Assembly: GCA_946476985.1 (NCBI GenBank)
Contig: CAMKWS010000002.1
Coordinates: 121,958 to 185,957, forward strand
Source of the DNA: an uncultured Acetobacteraceae bacterium
Lineage (GTDB): Bacteria > Pseudomonadota > Alphaproteobacteria > Acetobacterales > Acetobacteraceae
Length of the DNA: 64,000 nucleotides
Reading direction: 5' to 3'
Shown piece by piece: positions 58,925 through 64,000 of the stretch. How positions within the stretch are numbered: position 1 is the stretch's first letter; each line of letters begins with the position of its first letter. A program made the translations under genes and the position numbers. The notes under the pieces are model-generated. The model was given only the letters and a program-made list of their open reading frames with translations, made no database searches and was not told the DNA's origin.

Positions 58925-58933
58925 ATTATAGCA
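58925..58933 (-). promoter_or_regulatory. extended -10 promoter element TGcTATAAT upstream of the TonB-dependent receptor
   Basis: The minus strand reads catGCTATAATgc, with a perfect TATAAT plus an upstream TG, about 59 nt before the start codon. No good -35 was seen. Confidence 0.45.
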
Positions 58934-59072
58934 TGCCCCTCCCTTCCTAACGCCCCTTCCCGATAGAGGCCAAGATCAAAACGTCTTTTTTGACTCTTCC
59001 CCTTTCCCCTGTGGCAGAAAAGGCGCATTTCTTATGTAGATAGTCCTTCTATGCCCCTAACCGGAGCCCTTC

Positions 59073-59492
59073 ATGACGACACCTCTTCGCCCTCATACTT
59101 TACTCGTCTCTGCCGCTGTACTCATTAATAAAGACGGTAATATTCTATTAGCGCAACGGCCAGAGGGCAAAACATTAGCCGGATTATGGGAATTCCCCGG
59201 CGGAAAAGTGGAAGCCCTAGAATCTCCCGAAGCCGCTTTAATCCGTGAGCTCGATGAAGAACTCGGCGTAACTGTCCAACCAGATGCCTTAGAACCCTTC
59301 ACTTTTGTGAGTGAAGACTGCGCAACCTTCCACCTCTTTATGCCACTCTATTTTGTACGCACATGGGAAGGCACCGCTGTCGGCCGAGAGGGCCAAGCAC
59401 TCGCATGGGTACCTGTCTCAAAATTAGGAGATTATCCCATGCCAAAGGCCGATGCCCCACTTGTGCCACGCCTTCAAGAAGTTCTCGGCTGA
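59073..59492 (+). CDS. mutT: (deoxy)nucleoside triphosphate pyrophosphohydrolase, MutT-type Nudix
   Basis: 139 aa with Nudix box GLWEFPGGKVEALESPEAALIRELDEELGV. Confidence 0.85.
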   Translation: MTTPLRPHTLLVSAAVLINKDGNILLAQRPEGKTLAGLWEFPGGKVEALESPEAALIRELDEELGVTVQPDALEPFTFVSEDCATFHLFMPLYFVRTWEGTAVGREGQALAWVPVSKLGDYPMPKADAPLVPRLQEVLG

Positions 59493-59533
59493 ACACCGCA
59501 CTTAACAAGTATAAACTTCACAACTTAACCTTT

Positions 59534-59558
59534 AAAAAAGGGGCCTTTAAGGCCCCTT
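59534..59558. terminator. bidirectional terminator (mutT / gluconolactonase-like convergent)
   Basis: aaaaaa-ggggcct-tta-aggcccc-tt. The U tract is stronger for the minus-strand transcript. Confidence 0.7.
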
Positions 59559-59563
59559 CCGTA

Positions 59564-60469
59564 TCACCTCACGACCTCGTCTGGCTCTAACAAAAAACTA
59601 TGTTGTGGGTTGCCAGCGATATCTGTCTTAAACGCAAATATACCGCCCGCCTGTGGCTGATCTTCTAACTCTTCTGGGGTGAGGCCTTTCCGCGCTGTTG
59701 TTACAAACACAGTTTTATAATCATCCCCCCCAAATGCCAGCTTCGTTACATTTGCGACCGGTAAAGAAATTGGCGGCATTTCCGTTCCATCAGGCCGGAA
59801 GCGTGTAATCTGCCCCCCGCCCCATGTTCCACACCACACATTCCCCTCACTATCTGTTACCACGCCATCGGGATAACCTTTCTTGAGGGTCGCAAAGATG
59901 CGTTTATTCGTGAGCTCACCTTGGGCACTAATATCAAATGCGTAAATCAATTTTTGTGGGCTATCACAAGCATATAATACTTTGCCGCAAGGCGAGACTG
60001 TCGGCCCATTTGAAACTGTATACCCACTATCCCAATGTGAGACAGACAACTCACCCTTTTTATGCTCAACACGATAAAGCGCACCACTATTGCGGCTTTC
60101 ACCATCATCCATCGTGCCAAACCAAAGGCGACCTTTTTGGTCAATACAACCATCATTTAAACGGTTATCAGGCTCATCTGCTTCAATCACACAAGCAGAT
60201 TCAAAATAGCCTGTTTTTACATTGAAGCGATGTAGCCCATCAGGCAGGCCTGCAAGGAATGTTCCATCGCTTACAGGCAGTAGAAAACCTGTCCGATTAG
60301 GAGCACGCCAACTATGTAATGCGCCATTCTCTACACAATAACGATGGATCCGCCGCCCAATGATATCAACAAAATAAAATGATTTTTCAGCCGCAATCCA
60401 AACTGGCCCTTCCCCTAATACTGCGCGAAAATCCGACAGGCAGATGGGGGTATGATGTTCCAGTTCCAC
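59564..60469 (-). CDS. SMP-30/gluconolactonase/LRE family protein
   Basis: 301 aa six-bladed propeller type with GEGPVW, NDGCIDQKGRLWFGTM and PDGVVTDSEGNVW. Confidence 0.85.
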   Translation of the reverse strand: MELEHHTPICLSDFRAVLGEGPVWIAAEKSFYFVDIIGRRIHRYCVENGALHSWRAPNRTGFLLPVSDGTFLAGLPDGLHRFNVKTGYFESACVIEADEPDNRLNDGCIDQKGRLWFGTMDDGESRNSGALYRVEHKKGELSVSHWDSGYTVSNGPTVSPCGKVLYACDSPQKLIYAFDISAQGELTNKRIFATLKKGYPDGVVTDSEGNVWCGTWGGGQITRFRPDGTEMPPISLPVANVTKLAFGGDDYKTVFVTTARKGLTPEELEDQPQAGGIFAFKTDIAGNPQHSFLLEPDEVVR

Positions 60470-60638
60470 AGATATCTCCTTATGTTTGAGACATTAATCT
60501 CTCACAAAATAATCATTCATACAATTTTCAACATTGCAAAATGCTGCATAAGAGATGCCTAAAACAACCCTTTCACTCCACTACAAGAGCGACTACCCTT
60601 TTATGAAAGGCACCACAAATGAGGTAACCAACGCTTCT

Positions 60639-61406
60639 ATGTCTCCTCGCACTGCTTGCTTTCTCATCATCGGCAACGAAATTCTCTCTGGCCGCACACA
60701 AGATTCTAATCTCCATGTATTAGCTCAAGCCCTTAACCAACAAGGTATTCGCCTCTTAGAAGCCCGCGTTATCCCGGATATTCGCTCACATATCATCAAC
60801 ACCGTGAATGAATGCCGATCACGATTTGATTTTGTCTTCACCAGCGGAGGGATTGGCCCCACTCATGATGATATAACTGCGTCTGCTGTTGCGGAGGCCT
60901 TTAATGTTCCCCTTATCTGCCATGAAGAAAGCTTCAAAGCATTAGAAGCCCTATTCCCTCCTGGAGAATTTAACCAAGCACGGCAGCGCATGGCTTGGCT
61001 TCCACAAGCGGCTACACCTATTAAAAATAGCGTCTCTACAGCACCGGGATTTTCTCTTGGAAATGTCCACGTCATGGCAGGCGTGCCACATATTTTTCAA
61101 GCCATGGTAAAATGGCTCGTCCCACAATTAGAAGCCGGGATACCTCTTTCTAGCCAAAGCTGGTACAGCTACGATGTATATGAAGGTGACCTCGCAGCTC
61201 AACTAACCCAACTTCAAGAACGTTTTCCCACGCTAGACCTAGGCTCTTACCCCTTTGGCCGAGGGCAGAAACGTGGTGTTGCCCTTCTTGCTAAAGGATA
61301 TGATAGCACTGCCGTTTCAAAAGCAGGGGCCGCCTTAAAAGCTCTTTTAGAAACACTCGGCTACCTTGCAATAGAAGGCGACCCACCTCGTAGTACATCC
61401 ATATAA
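60639..61406 (+). CDS. CinA-like molybdopterin-binding (MoCF_BD) domain protein
   Basis: Motifs IIGNEILSGRTQDSN and FTSGGIGPTHDDIT. Start uncertain (ATG 60639 chosen; the track ORF begins at 60555). No C-terminal PncC deamidase domain. Confidence 0.75.
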   Translation: MSPRTACFLIIGNEILSGRTQDSNLHVLAQALNQQGIRLLEARVIPDIRSHIINTVNECRSRFDFVFTSGGIGPTHDDITASAVAEAFNVPLICHEESFKALEALFPPGEFNQARQRMAWLPQAATPIKNSVSTAPGFSLGNVHVMAGVPHIFQAMVKWLVPQLEAGIPLSSQSWYSYDVYEGDLAAQLTQLQERFPTLDLGSYPFGRGQKRGVALLAKGYDSTAVSKAGAALKALLETLGYLAIEGDPPRSTSI

Positions 61407-61414
61407 AACACAAC

Positions 61415-61447
61415 AAAAAGGGCGACCCTAAAGTCGCCCTTTCTTTT
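61415..61447. terminator. bidirectional intrinsic terminator (cinA-like / accA convergent)
   Basis: aaaaa-gggcgac-cctaaa-gtcgccc-tttctttt. Confidence 0.85.
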
Positions 61448-61470
61448 AACATCTCAAACACGTCATAGGC

Positions 61471-62439
61471 TTAAGCTGTACGTGTCATCTCCAGATAACG
61501 CTCACGACGTTTCGTCACGAGATTTTCTGCTGGAATCGCTTTCACAATCGCCAATTCTTCTGCAATTGCCTCGCCGACGCGAGCAACAGCCTCCTCTGGC
61601 AGGCGCTGCGCACCACCGATAGGCTCTTCCACAATCCGATCAATCAGACCAAATTTCTTTAGATCCTGCGCCGTTAGCTTTAAAGCCTCGGCAGCTGCAG
61701 GAGCCATTTTAGGATCACGCCACAGAATAGACGCCGCCGCTTCTGGTGAAATCACAGAGTAAATTGCATGTTCAAGCATCAACACACGGTCACCCGCAGC
61801 AATCGCAATCGCCCCACCGGAACCACCTTCACCAATAACAGTGGAGATCAACGGAACTTTTACCTGCAAGCAGGTCTCGATTGAGCGAGCAATGGCTTCT
61901 GCTTGACCACGCGCCTCAGCATCGATCCCCGGCCACGCACCTGCTGTATCCACAAATGTGAGAATCGGCAGGCCGAACCGCTCAGCCATACGCATTAAAC
62001 GCTGAGCCTTCCGATACCCTTCAGGCCGTGCCATGCCAAAATTATGGCGTAGGCGGCTTTCTGTGTCAGAGCCCCGCTCTGTTCCCAGAACGACAACAGC
62101 CTCACCACGGAAACGAGCAAGCCCACCAACAAGAGCTTCATCATCACCAAAGAGACGGTCACCAGCTAAGGGGGTAAACTCTGTGGTCAACGCCTTGATA
62201 TAATCAAGAGCATGAGGCCGCTGTGCATGGCGAGCCACCTGTACCTTCTGAAGCGGCGTCAGCTTTTCATACAATGTACGAAGCTGCTTGTCAGCTTTCT
62301 CAGAAAGACGGGTAATTTCCTCGTCAATATTCAATCCATCCAGACCAGCGCCATCATCTTGGCGACCAACCTGACGAAGTTCACCGATCTTGGTTTCAAG
62401 CTCGGCAACCGATTTTTCAAAATCTAGGAACTGGCGCAT
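61471..62439 (-). CDS. accA: acetyl-CoA carboxylase carboxyltransferase subunit alpha
   Basis: MRQFLDFEKSVAELETKI at the N-terminus, and the GEGGSGGA motif. Start chosen at ATG 62439; the track extends to GTG 62466. Confidence 0.95.
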   Translation of the reverse strand: MRQFLDFEKSVAELETKIGELRQVGRQDDGAGLDGLNIDEEITRLSEKADKQLRTLYEKLTPLQKVQVARHAQRPHALDYIKALTTEFTPLAGDRLFGDDEALVGGLARFRGEAVVVLGTERGSDTESRLRHNFGMARPEGYRKAQRLMRMAERFGLPILTFVDTAGAWPGIDAEARGQAEAIARSIETCLQVKVPLISTVIGEGGSGGAIAIAAGDRVLMLEHAIYSVISPEAAASILWRDPKMAPAAAEALKLTAQDLKKFGLIDRIVEEPIGGAQRLPEEAVARVGEAIAEELAIVKAIPAENLVTKRRERYLEMTRTA

Positions 62440-62483
62440 ACCCCGCCCGATAGCACGCCCAGGCACTATGAAACAGTCTTATT

Positions 62484-63464
62484 TTACGCTTTCTCTATAG
62501 AAAAATGATCTTCAGCTCTTTTCTCCCCACTCCCTAGGGGGTGATGCTGCCTCACGGCATCCTTCAAACGCTGTGTCATCACTTGCGTATAAATCTGTGT
62601 CGTTGCGATATCTGCATGCCCTAAAAGCATCTGCAAAGCACGCAAATCTGCCCCTCGGTCGAGCAAGTGCGTTGCAAAAGAATGCCGCAATACATGTGGG
62701 CTAACCCGCTGTGGGTCTATCCCAGCCTGTAAAGCGCACGCATGTAGAATTTTATCAAAGCCCTGACGTGTCAGGGGGCGCAGTGGATTCCGTCCCGGGA
62801 ACAACCACGGGCTCCCAAGCGAGCTATCATACCCCAAAAGTTCTTCTGCTGCCTCACGTGCTGTGGATGAAAGAGGAACAAGCCGCTCCCTCCCCCCTTT
62901 TCCACGCACAAGAAGCATTCCTTGCCGATTCTGCACACATGATGCCGGCAAAGAAAGCAGCTCACTAATTCTCAACCCTGTTGTATAAAGGAGCTCCAAC
63001 GCAACACGAGATAAAAGGTCACGCCGTTCATCTGCGTGGCCTTGCGTTCCTTTTTCTAACAAACGCTGAATATCTGTTTCACTTAAAGGATGAGGCAAGC
63101 CGCCAGAATAGCGTGGCATGGCCTGCCCAGCGGTAAGATCATCCTCTCGTATGCCCGTTTGTAACATAAAACGCGCAAACTGCCTTAAGCAGGAAAGGCG
63201 ACGTGCTTGCGTTCGTGCTGCCAGCCCTTCCTGTCCAAGTGAAGCAAAATATGTCCGCACCTGCTCCGTACTTGCTTCGGCAAGTGATGTTGGTGCGCAC
63301 CAACGTGCAAAATCTTCAAGGTCTGCACGATAAGCCTGCCGAGTCTTCAACGCTGCCCCTCTCTCTGCCGCCATGGCCTCGAGAAAAGAATCAATCAACG
63401 CATCAGATGTCGGCACGACTTCCTCAGCCCCGCCCTTTAATAGCTGGGAGTTCTGGCAAGCCAC
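62484..63464 (-). CDS. xerD: site-specific tyrosine recombinase XerD
   Basis: Motifs LIDSFLEAMAAERG, RGKGGRERLVPL and HVLRHSFATHLL...LLGHADIATTQIY (R-H-R-Y catalytic set). The start may be internal (GTG 63416) because the longest ORF overlaps the upstream small ORF. Confidence 0.85.
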   Translation of the reverse strand: MACQNSQLLKGGAEEVVPTSDALIDSFLEAMAAERGAALKTRQAYRADLEDFARWCAPTSLAEASTEQVRTYFASLGQEGLAARTQARRLSCLRQFARFMLQTGIREDDLTAGQAMPRYSGGLPHPLSETDIQRLLEKGTQGHADERRDLLSRVALELLYTTGLRISELLSLPASCVQNRQGMLLVRGKGGRERLVPLSSTAREAAEELLGYDSSLGSPWLFPGRNPLRPLTRQGFDKILHACALQAGIDPQRVSPHVLRHSFATHLLDRGADLRALQMLLGHADIATTQIYTQVMTQRLKDAVRQHHPLGSGEKRAEDHFSIEKA

Positions 63465-63630
63465 TATGCCCCTGTGGCAAGCTAACGCTTGGTGCTGCCT
63501 GTGGGGTTAGATCACGATGCACCATAACTGGAGCCGGGGGCTGTTCATCATCCCGTGTAATAAGATAGCCACCACCGACCAGTACACCAAGGACCAACAA
63601 AACCAGTATGAACCGGGCAAAAGACCTCAT
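63424..63630 (-). CDS. hypothetical small membrane-anchored protein (68 aa)
   Basis: MRSFARFILVLLVLGVLVGGGYLITRDDEQPPAP... has an N-terminal TM helix followed by a Pro-rich tail. It lies immediately upstream of and overlaps the xerD ORF. No family recognised. Confidence 0.35.
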   Translation of the reverse strand: MRSFARFILVLLVLGVLVGGGYLITRDDEQPPAPVMVHRDLTPQAAPSVSLPQGHSGLPELPAIKGRG

Positions 63631-63803
63631 AAATATAGCTCCACACTCTTAGATGCTCTGCCGCTTATACCGACACTACGTCATTTACAAAACCATCATT
63701 TCAATCCCTCCTCACATATTCTCCTACAAACATCTTATAAAGCTCACTCTTTCTTATGCCCCTACCTCTAGGAGGGCAGAGCGACCCATGGTAGGAGAAG
63801 AAT

Positions 63804-64000
63804 ATGTCTTCATCTATCTCATTTGATATGCTTCCAAATACAGCTACAAAGCCACCTCGCTCTGTTATCGTCCTTATTGGACTTATGGGTGCAGGGAAAA
63901 CCACCTTAGGCCGCCGCTTGGCCGAACATTACGGCATTCCTTTTATCGATACTGATGTAGAAATCGAAAAAGCGTGCCAGGAAACCATTCCTGATATTTT
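63804..64000 (+). CDS. aroK: shikimate kinase (N-terminal 65 codons; continues past window end)
   Basis: My translation from ATG 63804 (RBS AGGAG) is [56 protein letters not shown]..., with Walker [10 protein letters not shown] and the DTD motif. Confidence 0.85.
   Translation, partial: MSSSISFDMLPNTATKPPRSVIVLIGLMGAGKTTLGRRLAEHYGIPFIDTDVEIEKACQETIPDI

Noticed and set aside
58907-59019. 8-nt inverted repeat TTCTGCCA / TGGCAGAA flanking the TBDR promoter
   Set aside because: A single 8-mer match about 100 nt apart in a 200-nt region is roughly what chance would give. There is no further symmetry.
58867-59072. Possible riboswitch or Fur box upstream of the TonB-dependent receptor
   Set aside because: I could not recognise TPP, cobalamin or other riboswitch cores, nor a GATAATGATAATCATTATC-like box. 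The leader is only about 50 nt.
62484-63464. Tyrosine recombinase as evidence of a prophage or integrative element
   Set aside because: The sequence has XerD-type motifs throughout and sits between accA and aroK with no phage or mobile genes. I interpret it as the housekeeping chromosome-dimer resolvase.
63701-63904. 67-aa minus-strand ORF overlapping the aroK start
   Set aside because: It is antisense to a clear shikimate kinase N-terminus (Walker A) and runs through the aroK RBS region.
1-64000. CRISPR arrays, tandem repeats, IS elements, toxin-antitoxin pairs and defence genes
   Set aside because: Reading all intergenic regions by eye showed only unique terminator hairpins and short palindromes. 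No regularly spaced direct repeats, transposase or integrase ORFs, or small paired ORFs were seen. A computational repeat search would be needed to exclude diverged repeats.

Overview
This window reads as a housekeeping-dense chromosomal segment of an alphaproteobacterium. Protein sequences and gene order look Acetobacteraceae-like, which is my inference and not a database result. I call about 60 protein genes and one tRNA-Leu(CAG). From 26.4 to 53.2 kb nearly every gene is on the minus strand. That block contains dapE-dapD, argB, yihA(engB)-yidC, rpmH-rnpA-yidD, and the envelope supercluster pyrH-frr-uppS-cdsA-dxr-rseP-bamA-skp-lpxD-fabZ-lpxA-lpxI. It ends with era-rnc-lepB, acpS, spoT and rpoZ. 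Elsewhere there are gltD-gltB, uvrB, gshB, greB, rnd-kdsD-lptC-lptA-lptB, def-fmt-truA, hldE, sodB, yajC, accA, xerD and a partial aroK. Many junctions are translationally coupled by TAATG, ATGA or GTGA overlaps. I found no IS element, prophage, CRISPR array, toxin-antitoxin pair or recognisable defence gene. The only recombinase is a housekeeping-type XerD. I therefore do not claim a convincing new system. The better leads are modest. They are a LabA/NYN-like protein next to rpoZ-spoT with Asn at two expected catalytic Asp positions, and an AGE-family epimerase translationally coupled to hldE. Others are an Old-Yellow-Enzyme reductase cassette splitting the rnpA-yidD / yidC-engB locus, and a divergent heme-copper oxidase subunit I-like ORF at the window edge. 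Several conserved unknowns also stand out: DUF1150 behind Hsp20, DUF815 beside a solitary yajC, and small orphan membrane ORFs. Start codons marked uncertain were chosen by eye from RBS and homologue N-termini. Long antisense ORFs in the track are treated as shadows.
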